DNA of 64,000 nucleotides, taken from Eledone cirrhosa (lineage: Eukaryota). Of this stretch, positions 12,942-28,905 are shown one piece after another. Made by a program: the position numbers and the translations under genes. The stretch lies in contig OZ024743.1 in NCBI GenBank assembly GCA_964016885.1, forward strand, positions 334,118,001 through 334,182,000, read 5' to 3'. The notes beneath the pieces were generated by a model. The model was not told the DNA's origin. It worked only from the letters and a program-made list of their open reading frames with translations, and did not search any database. How positions within the stretch are numbered: position 1 is the first letter of the stretch; each line of letters starts with the position of its first letter.

Positions 12942-15107
12942 TTATAGCCCTAGTCTACCCCCCGGGTCATTATGGGATTTGAGGGCGAGGAAAGTTCTAC
13001 GCAATCTGTGTTAACATGCAGTAACCAGTTCATCTTTCTTGTTTAGGAGTTGGTCCGTCGAAAACAGCATTTGTAAAGTTTCCTCCGAGCATAAATTGCA
13101 CGGACGGTGTCCTCCCGTGTAAGAGTTGGCTCTGGACAGTAACCTCCAAGTGAGATCATAGGTAATGTTGTTATCCTTGAGGTCCCATATGTGGCCCGAA
13201 AGTGTAGTGGCGTGACGTCGGGCCGGGTTTTGGAAGTTATGTCCGTGTTGGTATAGCCGGGTCTTGAAGTCACATGCGGTTAATCCTATATAAGCTTTGT
13301 TGGAGGTGTCCGTCCTCACGTTGCACTGGTAGATCACATTACGATCTCTGCATCTGTTGTCGAGGGGGCAATTGGATCCATCAGGACAGTTGCACCTCCT
13401 GGTCGGCTCTCCACTTCTATTTAGGTTATTTCTTCCATCGGGATTGAGTTTTTTGTTGTTGGAGGAGACGATGTTTTGTGCGAAGTTAGGTGTAGTGCTG
13501 TAAGAGAGTTTGATGGTATTTTTGTTAATTATGTTGTGGTAGCGGTGTTGTAGTGGGAAGTGTTTTTCAATGAGCCTAAAGAATATTTTCCCGATAGGAG
13601 TAGTCACCTCGGCGTTGTGGGGAGGATTGAACCATGTTACATTGCGTGAGCGGCGGCGTCGCCTGCTGGTTCCGCTAATGGGAGCTGGACAGTAGGATAT
13701 TTCCTCCCGGAAACCACTCCGCTTGAGGGCCTGATTGTAATAAGGCGCATGTTCATCGAATATCTGCTCATTAGCTGACAAACGGGATATTCGGAGGGAG
13801 ATGTTTTTGACCAGGTTGTTGGTGATGTTCCTAGGATGGTTTGATCGGCGGTGGATGTAGTGCAGGTTGTCATTAGGTTTCCTGTATGGGTAGTACAGGT
13901 CATTATCGAGGTCGACGGTAACATCCAGGAAGTTTACTCGGGTCAGGGACGTTTGTAGGGTTATTTTAAATCCCCAGTCGCGGAAGAAGCTGATTAATTG
14001 GTTACGGACCCGATCTGTACTACTGGGGTTGTACCCTTTAAGGGTAAGGAGCCCATCATCACGGTACAATCCACCACCGAATGCAGGAAACATATCGGTG
14101 AGTTTGGCTATTAGGAATAATCCTATAAGATCTGTGACCTCCACCGAATCCGTCGCGCCCATGCTGACGTCGAAGGTTGAGTCGGGAGCTCTTTTTATCC
14201 ATTTGGAGTTGTCAAAGAGTAAGACTGTCTTCCTGGCGTGGAGGATGATGTTTCTTTCCTGGTCGGTGATGGGCACAAGTGCTTCGGCGAAGTCCAAGGC
14301 AGCCGTAAGTAGCGGTAAGGTGATTGAAGCATAGTAGCTCTCTATGTCAAACTGGATGAATTTAGTGTCTCGTTTATCCGCCATATTGCTGAACCATGAG
14401 ATTACTTCCTGGGTGTTGACCCATAGGCTAAGTCGGGCGTTTGCTTGACTTTTGGTATCACTGGTTTAGGATTTTTTTGCTGATTCTCCCTATGTCGGAC
14501 TTCATTGGGTTTATAAGCCTGATAGAAGGTTTACGGTCGAAATCGGATTTGTGGTCCTTCAGTGTGAAGTAGGGTGTCCGTGGGTCTAGGGGTTCCGTGC
14601 GGTCGGCGACCCCGAGGCTGGAGGTAATTTGTTGTCCATCTCGATTTATGTCCTCGATGCATGAGTGGTTAGCCTTTTTATAGGTGGAGCTTAGGCTGCT
14701 CCTGATCAGTGTGTGGTATCTGTCGGGGTTGACAAAGTATAGGTTCCCAGTTTTATCCGAGTGCACCATGATGTCATTGGTGTTATCATACTCTGTTAAG
14801 TTGCTACGGAGTTTTTGTAGGAATCGGTTGTGTCTGGATTTGAATTTAATGTTCTTGACCAGTTGGAAAAGGTCATTCTCGAAGGGTGAGAGCATAGGGT
14901 TCGGGGGGGGGGGGAGATTTGTAGGTAATAAATCCGAATATCTCCTTGGTGCCGAAGTCCTGATTGTCGCAATATCTGTCGTAGAAAAAAGTTCTCCATC
15001 TAAGTCTTTTCGCAAAGATCGATTTTTTGCGTGAGCATCCGAAGGTAAAGTTTTTTCGGTGGGATTGGGATGTTCTTGGTAGAGAAGTCGATGTTGTGTT
15101 TTCGCAT
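12942..15107 (-). pseudogene. PLE RT plus GIY-YIG ORF with two frameshifts (~15010, ~14460) and a premature TAA at 13011
   Basis: FSTKNIPIP, SDKTGN, TLKDHK, RLINP, FDIESYY, MGA, YRDDGL, FLDV, RCNCPDGSNCPLDNRC, VIYQC..AYIGLT..FKTRLYQH, CNLC..E, C*HR. Confidence 0.92.
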
Positions 15108-16858
15108 GGTGCGGGTAAAAGAACTTGAGCTTAGCGGAAAAGTCTGGATACGGCGTGGTAGGGTCGGAAAGTGCTCTACTACGGGAATAGGAGCTAGATA
15201 ACGAAGGAAATGTGGTAAGGAACCAGGTGGACCATAACGCACCAAAGTACTCAATACTTAGGGTAGTAGAGTGGGTAATAGGAACGAGTAAGACCCCGAC
15301 GCTGAGCTCAAGCCGTTTCGACGGCTAATTCTGGACTAAATGAAAATTTATCCTGGTATTTGAATAGCCGAGCTTCTCAAGGGGTAATTCCATATATGGT
15401 CAAAGTGTTTGTCAAAGTTAGTAGTTGAGACATAATAATTTTATGATGGCAAATTAGTGGGAGGAAGGGGTAGCTAAACCTGCCAGTAGGAGAAAGAGGG
15501 AGAGGGGGTGGAGTAGACCCATTCATGCGTTGGTAGTGCCGGCTACAGCTGGGCGTGAGGTCAGAGAAGATACTAGGGAGGGGGAGGGGGAGGAAGTCGA
15601 AACGGTAGGTAGAACAATGAAGGGTCAAAATATAAAGAAAATACTGAGAGTGTTAAAAAGCGAATAAATGTAAAAAAAAAAAATAGTGACTACGACCTAA
15701 GTCTATCGCTATTGCTAGGCAAAATAAGTAAATAAATAAATAAATAAGTAAATATAAACTAGGTGGGACGGAATAAAAAAGAGACCCTTTTAAGAGGTAT
15801 AAGTACGTATATCATACGGTAACGCGTCAACAAAGGAGGGGCCAAAATACTAAAGAAACTACCACGAAATAATTAATAAAAGTTTCTACTCCAGGCACAA
15901 GGCCAGCAACCACCCAGTGCAAAAAAGTAAACTAGTACGAAAAAATAATTCAGAGTCCCGAAAAAGAATACTTACACTAACTCTAAGGGTACCGCCACGA
16001 TAAAAAAGTTCTTATACAAGCTACATGAAAGTTCGTACGAAGTAAAAGTAAAATACGGAAAATTAATTCAGAATCCCCCCCCCCCCCCCCTTGTGCCTGG
16101 GGTAGAAACCTTTATTTCGTATTAGTCTCGGGACTCTGAATTATTATTTCGTGGTAGTTTCTTTAGTATTTTGGCCCCCCACTTTTTGACCCGTCACCGT
16201 AAGATATACTCGGTTGATTACTAATACCTCTTAAAAGGGTCTCATTATAATTCCGTCCCACCTAGTAAACCTTTCTTTAGTCTAGCAGTACCAGTGAGAG
16301 ACTTGATGGCTGTCGTTAGGTTATAGTAACCAGAAATTGTTTTTTTTTTAATATTTAATTGTTTTTTTAACATTCTCGGTATTTTTCTATATATTTACCC
16401 CATATTGTTTTACTTATTGTTTCGACTTCCTCCCCTCCCCCTCCCTAGTATACTTCTTTGACCTCCTGCCCTGCTGTAATTGGCACTATCAACGCACGAC
16501 TGGATTTCCTCCACCCCCTCTCCCTCTTTCTTCTACTGGCAGGTTCAGCTACTCCTTCCCTCCACAAATTGCCATGATAGAATTATGTGTCTCAACAACA
16601 AACGTTTGACCTATCCTTGTGACAATCCCTTTTACCATATATGGAATTACCCCCTGAGAAGCTCGGCTATTCATATACCAGGATAAAAATTTTCATTTAG
16701 TCCAGAATTAGCCGTCGAAACGGCTTGATCTCAGCCGTCGGGGTCCTACTCGTTCCTATTACTAACTCTACTACCCTAAGTATTGAGTACTTTGGTGCGT
16801 TATGGTCCACCTGGTTCCTTACCACATTTCCTTCGTTATATATATATATATATATATA

Positions 16859-17093
16859 CAGTTGAAAATTGCAAACTTGACTGTCACCACACATTATGAA
16901 CCTGAAGATTGCGAAAGCATGAAAGTACTTGTTCAATTAACACTTAACATTTAATATTCTAGCATACTATTTCATTATAATACCATTATAAATTTTAAAG
17001 GATTGTAAATAAAACGAGTATATCAGAAAAAGTTGGAATTCCTCTTATTAATATAATCTTCTATACACAATCATACACACCTGTGTATATTTA
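16859..17093 (+). mobile_element. Solo PLE pLTR (family B) in TA/TC repeats
   Basis: Near-identical to 46147-46381 and carries a hammerhead. Confidence 0.75.
16897..16935 (+). ncRNA. Minimal type I hammerhead, family B; copies at 46073-46111 (-) and 46185-46223 (+)
   Basis: UGAAC-CUGAAGA-uUGC gaaa GCAu-GAAA-GUAC-UU-GUUCA, with palindromic stem III AAGUACUU. Confidence 0.8.
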
Positions 17094-17111
17094 TCTCTCT
17101 CTCTCTCTCTC

Positions 17112-17228
<117 letters not shown>

Positions 17229-17562
17229 GTGTATATATATATATAGATATATATATGTATATATATAGAGATATATAGAGATATATATATGTATATATAT
17301 GTATATATATATAGGAGCCGCAGAAACCCAAATACTGGATTTTACCAACCTTCCTGGGTCCGGGTAAATTTTCAATACCGAATTACTTGATCGTTTTTTT
17401 GGGCTATGCGAATGATTATTTAACCATCGTCTCAGTTTGTTATAGCTCTGGCTCATCTGAATCATTGAGCACTTTCCACACATCTCGGAGGTTGTTTTTC
17501 GTTATTTCGTGGGCCGAAATGCGAATTTCGATAATTTATGTTTGTATATATATATATAGATA

Positions 17563-17689
<127 letters not shown>

Positions 17690-17743
17690 GTGTATATGTA
17701 TATATATATGTGTATATGTATATATATATATATATATATATGT

Positions 17744-20327
<2,584 letters not shown>

Positions 20328-21029
20328 GTATACATATATATATATATATGTATATCTATATATGTATATATATATATATGTATATCTATATATGTATATA
20401 TATATGTCGTTTCTGAATTTGTTTAGCAAGATTCTTTATCTGAAAACGTGTGTTGAAACCGATATTGTTATACTTTGGGAGGGTCATGTTGCCAATGTAT
20501 ATATATATATATATATATATATACATAGAGGGAGAGAGAGAGAGAGAGAGCGAAAGCGAAGGTGAGTGTAAGTGTGTGAGTGAGAGAGAAGATGGTTGGA
20601 GGGGAGATAGATAGATCGATATAGAGATGAATTGAAAAATGCAAAGTACTTAGTATGAATTGACAATTATAAATATACCTGGGATTTCTGAAGCGTTCAT
20701 AATCATTCTAGATTTAATTAGCGTATTAAATTGTTGGCTGAAGGGTTCCACTTACCTGGCAACTTCTCTCAGTTAACAATTGTGATCACCTCAACTTAAT
20801 ATTGGCCGTGAGCGAATAAAATTATGAATAGTATCTGCTTGGTTTTGGATATTAATTTGTCACTTAAATAATAGTAGATGATCGGAATTTTGTTAAGAAA
20901 ATTTGAAAAGGAAATGCTAGTGAAGTTGAAGGGCAATAATTCAATATAAAACATTCTTTGTTCCAGCAATAAAATTCCAAGCTATATTATTTTAGAATTA
21001 TTTCTATCTTTAAAGGAGATGAAAGGGCT

Positions 21030-21247
21030 GTGGATTGGCTGTATCGGTAGAGCGACGGACAACATGCTTTGCAGCATATAGTTACGTCCCTTTACATTCT
21101 GAGTTCATATCCCGTCGAGGTTAGCTTCGTCTTTCATCCTTAAGAAGTTGATAAAATAAAGTACCAGTAACGCACTGAGGTCGATTTAATCGACTTTCTC
21201 CTACCTTCCAATTGCTGGCCTTGTGCCTATAGTAGAAATCATTATTA
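21030..21247 (+). mobile_element. Abundant tRNA-derived SINE family (Meta-domain-like centre). Other copies at ~24943-25126(+), 26870-27085(+), 28088-28300(+), 29040-29255(-), 33428-33612(+), 37965-38153(-), 54030-54247(-), 54490-54670(-), 56675-56890(-), 56912-57017(-), 57078-57260(+), 57697-57925(+)
   Basis: A box tggc.gtatcggtagag, B box gagttcaaatccc, conserved tttgcctttcatccttacggggtcgataaaataaagtaccag, and an (ATT)n tail. Confidence 0.85.
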
Positions 21248-21329
21248 TTAAAATAAATAAATAGAGAAATAATAAATAAATAAATCAAATAAATAGAGAA
21301 ACCATTATTATTATTATTTTTATTTTCTT

Positions 21330-24300
21330 TCATTATTGTTTCTGCGTGTCTTCCTGGCACCTGGGGCAAATAAATTCACAGTGTGCATTAGTAAGACTGT
21401 TAATACAGCACATTGATTATAATTTAAAAAAAAAACAGTATACATATATACACATGTGCATATATGCATATGTAAATACAAGGAGGGATATCAATCTTAC
21501 AGAGATTGTGCTCTTCTCAATACGTGTGCAGTACCAGTCAAAACAATTTTTTGCACCTCGTGCAGAGAGGGTAAACCAGGAATCATTCGCAACTGTTCCT
21601 TTCTTGATAATTCCCAGTCCTCCCACAATCACTGGTATTGTAACGGCTTTGAAGTGCCACATTTTCTCAATTTCAATAAGCAGATCTTTATATTTTCGTA
21701 GCTTGTAAAATTCTTTTAACGCGATATTGTGATCACATGGGATGCTCATATCTATCAATAAACAGACCTTGTTATGTTGATCTTTTATAATGATATTAGG
21801 TCTATTTGCTTTTATGGTCCTGTCAGTATGTACAGGAAAGTCCCAGAGAATTGTTACTTTTTCTTCTTCAGTTACAGCCTCAGGGTGATGATTGTACCAC
21901 TTGTCTTCAACTTTGATTTTGTAATGCCGACATATTACCCAGTGTAGATATTGGCCAACTCTGTCATGTCTATATTTGTATTCTACTGGTGCTAAAACTT
22001 TATATCCAGAGACTAAGTGATCCACTGTTTCAACCTCAGCAATGCAGAATCGGCACTTTGGGTTTATTCCGTTTCTCATCACATTGGTCTGGTAATTACG
22101 AGTCAATAAGCTTTGATCTTGGGCAGCTAAGATGAAGCCTTCACTCTCCGCCTTTAGCTCTGAACTACGTAGCCACTGATGGGTGTGCCTTTGGTCAACA
22201 TCAGCTTGTTTGCTACGGGCCACATATTTACCATGCACATGTTTCTGCTTCCAATTTGATGCTAATTGTCCTTGCCCTTTTGCTTTTGCCAGTGATTTTA
22301 TGTGCCTAGCAGCATCAGTTGCAACAGTTTCTTTAGTCTGTCCAGCCTGAGTATCAAGCATGAGATCAGTAGCATATTTTTTGCTCTCCTTCACGTTAGA
22401 ATGAAGCCTCTTACTTCTCTCAATTTTCAGCATACAGTCGTTAGTTGTTTCAAGGTATTTGGCCAGTCCAATGATGGTGGTCTTGTAAGCAAGTTCAAAT
22501 TGGATCAGGCCCCGGCCTCCTTGAGTTCTAGGAAGGTAAAGACGATCCACATCTGCTTTTGGGTGGTGCATCCTATTACAGGTCAGTAGCTTATGGACTT
22601 TGGTGTCGATTCTTTTGATTTCACTCATATTCCAGTTCAACACACCGAAGCTATAAGTGACAACTGGGACTGCCAAGGAATTTATGGCTAACACCTTGTT
22701 ACGAGCGTTTAGTTCTGATCTCAGAACTGCACTTACTCTCCTGTAACATTATTTCCTTATCCTCTCTTTCATACTTGCATGTATGCCAGAGCCCTCATTA
22801 ATCCCTAAGTTTTTATAGGTTAGTTCCTGCTTATGTGCCTTTATGATTGTTTCAGCATCCAATTCAACTGAGTCTGAGTTGACAAGCTTCCCCTTTTTGA
22901 AAGTGGCTTTTGCACACTTGTCAAGTCCAAACTCTATTCTGATGTCATCGCTAAACGTTTTTACTGTCCGCAAAAGGCCTTCCAGTTCGTCATTATCTTT
23001 GCAATATAGCTTCAAATCATCCATATAATATAGGTGGCTTATTTTTTTGTTGTCAATTCTATAACCGTACCCTGTTCTATTAAGTTCGGATGTAAGGGGT
23101 ATTATAGCTATGCAGAAAAGCAAGGATGAAAATGAGTCACCCTGGAATATACACAGTTGATGTTTATATTCCTAGAATATATGTTTATATTCCTGGGGTA
23201 CACAGTACCCCAGTGGAATGAGACAATTGGAGATTTGTGTTCCATAATGACATATTGTGTTTCAGGAAGTTTGAGATCACAGAAGATGTCCAGTGATTTC
23301 AGAATCCATGAGTTCAAAGGCTTTTTTATAATCGATCCATGCAGAACTGATATTTCTGTGTTTATTATGACAGTTCTCAAGGATCATACAATTAATCAAA
23401 AGTTGATCTTTGCAACCATATTAACCTCGTCAGCACCCTTTTTGTTCAATGGGGAAAAGATTGTTCTCCTCTAAAAACACGTATGCTTTTTCCATGAGAA
23501 TAGAGGTTAATAGTTTATAAGTGGTGGACAAAATGGTTATGGGCCGATAGTTTTTTTTATCTTTGGTTTCGTTGTTCTTTGGTAGAAGGTAGGTAATGCC
23601 ACTTGCTATCCAATCAAGTGTATTTTTTTGATCTTTCACAATTCCATTAAACAGCTTGACCAATATATTGTCAGTGCACGGGAGTGAGGAAACCCAGAAA
23701 TTTGGCACGCTGTCTCTACCAGGAGATTTCCATTTATGAGATTTATTGAGTGCTGTCCTTAAGTCCGCTATAGAGATGTCTTCCCACGCCTGTTCTTCTA
23801 AATTTGTGTAGGATTTTTCCAGGCGACTAATCCTATCTACATTAGCCTTATATGTCTTCTCATCACTCCAAATCTTACTCCAGAAGTTTTCAACTTCTAT
23901 GGATAATAATAATTTTTTTCTTCCCTACTTCTCTGTAGAAGTTGTTTGGCTTCTCGAATCTATGAATTCGTTGGGCTTTTACTTGGACTTTTTATTTCAG
24001 AGATTCTTTTGTTGAAAGAAGACAGTCCATATTTTCTCTTTAGCTTTCTAACCTTCTTGGATCTTATATCATTTCCAGCAGTTAACTCACTCAATAAAGA
24101 TATTTATCCTCTCATTACGTCAATCTCCTTTTCGATTCTACTTCTCCAAATTGGTTTACCTCGAAGATTCGACCTTTTTTTTTGTTTTTTTTGGTGGTAA
24201 ACAACTTGTTTCAATTACTCTAGCAGATGCATAAATGATTTCATTTAACTCAGTAAGATCGGGTTCTAGTTCATCTATGATTTCTTTTGTCACATATTTA

Positions 24301-24610
24301 CCAATCATTATTTGTTTTCTATTTTGGATTGTATTTGGGAGTTTTTGAAGCGGATCTCTATCATTTATACTAGAATGTCTTACTACTGCAAGCTCATTCA
24401 GTATTTTTTGCTTTAATTCCTTCATAATCTCCCTGCGTTCTTCAGCAGATGTTTGGTTTTCAATTACTGTTTTTAAGTCCCTCTCCTGGCTATTTTCAGC
24501 GGGTTCAATAGGGGTTCTCATTTCTACAAACATATTTTTGATTTGGTCAGATGGAGGTCTTTCGATTTGGTATTGTGTATTAATTTTTATTTGTTCATCT
24601 CGCAGTACAT
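21330..24610 (-). mobile_element. Second R4/Dong-like RLE LINE family, heavily frameshifted
   Basis: ORFs 23708-23430 (NYRPIT, EQKGC), 23123-22749 (LYYMDDL) and 22694-21417 (CRFC..ETVDHL, HDRVG, RPNII, LIDMSIP). 3' end lies next to (ATT)n. Confidence 0.88.
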
Positions 24611-25145
24611 GCTTGCGATACGCATGGTATTGGACGTACATGGAAGGTTGCCCGGCTCTTTGGGTAGTGCATTTGTTGGCTGGTACTGAGATCATTATTA
24701 CTATTATAGCAGTATAGTTATGGTCATTTCTGTTGTTTATTGAGGTGATATTGTTATGGTTGCAGCTGTAAGAGGTGTACGAGAATTTTCTCAACTGTTC
24801 TTGTGGTGTGAGTGGTGTTAGTGGTGGTGGCAGAGAGATTAATGCTGGGGGTGGGGATGCAGGGAGTGGGTAGGGTGACATTTTAGCTTATAGGAGTTGC
24901 TTCGCCGATGTTATTTTCTGTCTTTTTTGAGTTTATTATTAATTGGATTGGCAGTATCGGTGGAGGGTCGGACACCATGCTTTGCAGCAAAGAGTTACGG
25001 CCCTTTATGGTCTGAGTTCAAATCCCGCGGAGGTTAACTTTGCCTTTCATCCTTACAGGGTCGATAAAATAAAGTACTAGTAGTACACTGGGATAATTGC
25101 TGGCCTTGTGCCAAAAGTAGAAACAATTATTATTATTATTATTAT

Positions 25146-28045
25146 TGTTCTTTGAGTCTCAGTCATTGATGTTAGTTAACTGGAAAGTTTGTTGAAATGA
25201 ATATCAAGCCACTACCTGCAGCCTCAGATATTCAGGACGTTACGGAGGGTTCTTGCTGTTCCCAGCAAGCATGCCTTTTGAAGCGTTCCAAAAAGCGTGA
25301 AGGGGCCAATTTTCTTTAACCATCCCTGGAAACCTTTTGAGATAGTACCTAGTGCGCCTATGACAATCGGGACCACTTTCACTTCATGGCAGTTCCAAAT
25401 CCTTTTTACCTCCCACTTTAAGTCCTGGTATCGGTTAATTTTCTCCCTCACCTTCTCTTGCACTCTCGTGTCGAATGGGCAGGCCACATCCACAATCAGG
25501 CACGATCTTTTTTCCTTGTCCAAAACCACCAGGTCAGGTCTATTGTGTTCCAGTTTCTTGTCCGTCTGTATCCTAAAATCCCACAGCACCTTCACCTGAT
25601 CGTTTTCTATCACCGACTCTGGCTTATGCTCATACTACTTCTCAGAATGTGGTAAATTGTTTACTTTGCATAGGTGCCAGTGGATCACCCTGCCCATCAC
25701 ATCACGTCTCCAGCCCTTATAGTGAGTCTGGGCTAGGTGTTTACACTCGGATACAATGTGAGCCACAGTCTCCTCTCTCTCTCCACAGAGCCTGCACAGT
25801 GGGCTAGCCTGCTCCTTCTAAATATGGTGTTTCAACCACTTCGTTTTGAGGGCCTGCTCTTGCGCAGCCATTAGCATTCCTTCTGTAGCCTTTTTAATGT
25901 CTCTTCTTTTCAACCAGTTCCATGTCTGTGGATCTCTGAATTCAGTTTTCTCAAAGAAGGTACTATGAAGGGATATTTCCTGAAGGCTGCTCTTTCTCCT
26001 TGTTGTTATTTACTCCTTGGACATCCCCTTGTCTATTGTCCTCTCCTTCATTACAATTCTGAGCATTGGCTCCTTACTATTGGCCACAATATTAAATTGA
26101 TAATGCTTTTACAGCTATAATTTCGGTTCTGTGTTTTCCAAGATATATCAGAATATGAATTTCATAGTAACCGAACACGTCATAATCATAATAATAATTC
26201 AAAGTAACCATTATGAAAGTAATGTCTAATCACCTTATTAAGAAGTTAATTTACTACAGAGAATGCTTTAAGTTACTAGGTAAGGTCAATTTCGAGTGGA
26301 TAAGCTTAGAGTTTTACCAAGAAGTCTCAGTAACGTAAAATGTTATGTACAGTACAACACGTTTGGCTCTAAGAAGACACATTCTAAACTAAATAATTAT
26401 TGATATCAAACCCATGTGTCTACCGGTTGGTTGGTCCGATGTAACGTATGAAAACAAAGAGAGAGGGAGAAAGAGACAACTGGTACTCCGTCGGTGACAA
26501 CGACGAGTGTTCCTGTTGATGTGGTCAACGGAACAGCCTGCTCGTAAAATTAACATGCAAGTGGATGTGTATTACATAGAAACGCGTACCCTTAACGTAG
26601 TTTTCAGGGAGATTCAGCGTGACACAGAATGTAACAAGGATAGGCCTTGAAATTACAGGTACAACTCATTTTTGCCACCTGAGTGGACTGGAGCAACGTG
26701 AAATAAAGTGTCTTGCTCAAGGACACAAGGCTTTGCCATTCATCCTTACGGGGTCGATAATATAAGGTACCAGTCACACACTGGGGTCGATTTAACCGAC
26801 TTGTACCTCCTCCCCAAAATTGTTGGCCTTGTGCCTAAATCAGAAATCATTATTATTATTATTCTTAAGGCAGTGGATTAACAGTATCGGTAGAGCATCG
26901 GACAACATGCTTTGTGGCATATAGTTACGTCCCTTTACATTCTGAGTTTAAATCCTGCCGAGGTTATCTTTGCCTTACATCCTTATAGGGTCGTTAAATT
27001 AAAATACCAGTAATGCACTAGGATCGATTTAATCGACCTGCCCTCCCCTAAAATTGTTGACCTTCTGCCTAAATCCGAATCCGTTTTAATGATGACATTT
27101 CCATCAGCCTGATTAATTACTGAATTCACACAACCTACCTTACTCTTCTGACATAATTTGCAGACAGTTGAGCTGCGACACGAAACATTACTGCTTCTAG
27201 ATATTCTTGAATGGCCAGAGTTGGATTTAGACCTTGGGAGGCCGATGCACTTCAGGTTTGGGGGCCCCCCCTCATACACAAAAAATTAGGATACACAGCA
27301 ACCACCCACCCCACCCCAAAATTTTACATATCAAAGTTAGCAGTATTTGGTTGACAGCCAGGTCCCTGCTGCTGGGCCAGGGAGCACCTGCTGGGTGAGA
27401 GTCTGTCACATGACATTCCAGTCTCCACTTCACCGTTATTCGAACTGTTTAGGTTCGACATTTAAACACTCTTATCGAGGATTGGTGAATGTATGGTTAC
27501 ATAACCACCGGTGATTTAACCACCCCCGGTGATTTTAGTGTGGCACTATCACGCTGTAGACGAACATAAATAAACAAACAAACAAATAGGTAAAAAAAAA
27601 AAAAAAGAATAAGCATAAGTTTCATTGTAATGTTTGAATGTCTGACTTAGTTTTTTTTTTTTTTCCTTCTCTGTCTGACTGTTTGTTTTTCTTTTCATTT
27701 TTCTTTTCTTTACGTTTTTCGTTGTTGCTGTGCTGTTTTGATTTTGATTTTTGGTTTTTTGATTTTTTGACCGCGTCATCAAATCAGTCTATATATCTTT
27801 TGATGCCTTCCTCTTTTAGTGGGAATACTACGATGCATGTCTTAGCAGGAGGTAGTGGTAATGAGGCAGTGGTGGTGGTGGTGGTGATGTTGTGCTAGTA
27901 GTACTTAGCAGGAGGTAGTGGGAGAGAATAGCGGCGGTAGCGATAATGAGGCAGTGGTGGTGGTGGTGGTGGTGGTGTTGTGCTAGTAGTACTTAGCAGG
28001 AGGTAGTGGGAGAGAATAGCGGCGGTAGCGATAATGAGGCAGTGG
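25146..28045 (-). mobile_element. Rearranged Dong copy: 3' part 25146-26080 and 5' part 27339-~28045, interior replaced by inverted flank DNA
   Basis: 25146-26080 matches 1598-2531; 27339-27900 matches 4918-5540. Confidence 0.88.
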
Positions 28046-28591
28046 TTCTTCTTCTTCTTCTTCTTCTTCTTCTTCTTCTTCTTCTTGTTGGGTGGTGGAT
28101 TGACAGTATCGGTAGAGCGTCGGACAATTCTTTACGGCATATAGTTACGTCTCTTTACATTCTGAATTCAAATCCCGCCGAGGTTAACTTCATCTTTCAA
28201 CCTTACAAAGTTGATAAAATAAAGTACCAGTAACACATCGGGGTTAATTTAATCGACTTTCCTTCTCCCTCAAAATTGTTAGCTTGATGCCTAAATCAAA
28301 ACCATCCCACGAAACTCCAGCATATAATCTCTTGATCACGTGATTTCTTTCAATTTTTAAATCAATTACATTTTGCAGTGATTAAACTACACAGTTTAGA
28401 TGTTCTTTCTATATGATGAAAATTACATAAACACAGCTTCATTTACTTGAATTGACCTACAAGAAAGCGTTAACTTTAGCCAAAGTTACTTTGGAATATA
28501 AAGAATGGTGTGCTCATGCGCAGAGATTCCATAAAATAGCTTATAAAATAGAGTGAAGACCCTTATAGACAGAAAAAGAAGTTGCTATAGG

Positions 28592-28905
28592 CAGGGTCGG
28601 ATTTAATGGGGGGCAAAGGGGGAAATTTCCCCGGGTCCCCTGCAGTGTGGGCCCCAACCAACGACGTCCGTAGCAATTTATTTGTGCCCTTAACTGACTT
28701 TTTAGTTTTAGGATGGTTAGAATTTTTAAATTTAATACCTGTATGTATCACTTTTCAATTCCAATTACTTGCGCCAAGCTAACTTTGATATGTAAAATTT
28801 TGGGATGGGGCGTGGGTGGTTGCTGTGTATCCTAATTTTTTGTGTATGAGGGGTGGCCCCCAAACCTGAAGTGCATCGGCCTCCCAAGGTCTAAATCCAA
28901 CCCTG
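28592..28905. mobile_element. hAT-like MITE
   Basis: TIRs CAGGGTCGGATTTA and TAAATCCAACCCTG (1 mismatch). TSD not preserved. Confidence 0.55.

Larger units (their letters stand above)
11616..16837 (-). mobile_element. Near full-length Penelope-like element (C-terminal GIY-YIG, Hydra-clade-like) with direct pLTRs (11616-12544, 15198-16090) and an inverted pLTR (16091-16837), inserted in (TA)n
   Basis: ~0.9 kb direct repeats flank an RT-EN ORF. An inverted, more diverged pLTR sits at the 5' end, and (TA)n lies on both sides. Clade call is inference from the DKT and CxCx5C motifs. Confidence 0.92.

Noticed and set aside
14455-14465. TGA in the PLE ORF as selenocysteine (Naiad-like recoding)
   Set aside because: The homolog at 58230-58260 (DRVIPK) shows a 1-nt frameshift here. 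The endonuclease is C-terminal and no SECIS was seen.
17313-17544. Hammerhead in a TA-flanked unit (minus-strand CAGAUGA...GAAA with a long stem III)
   Set aside because: No compatible stem I, and only one copy.
20406-20497. Hammerhead in the segment shared with 61829-61863
   Set aside because: GAAACCGAUA is present, but the core and stems I/II do not pair convincingly.
21030-21125. tRNA genes
   Set aside because: The A/B boxes are SINE heads: no cloverleaf, and always fused to the SINE body.
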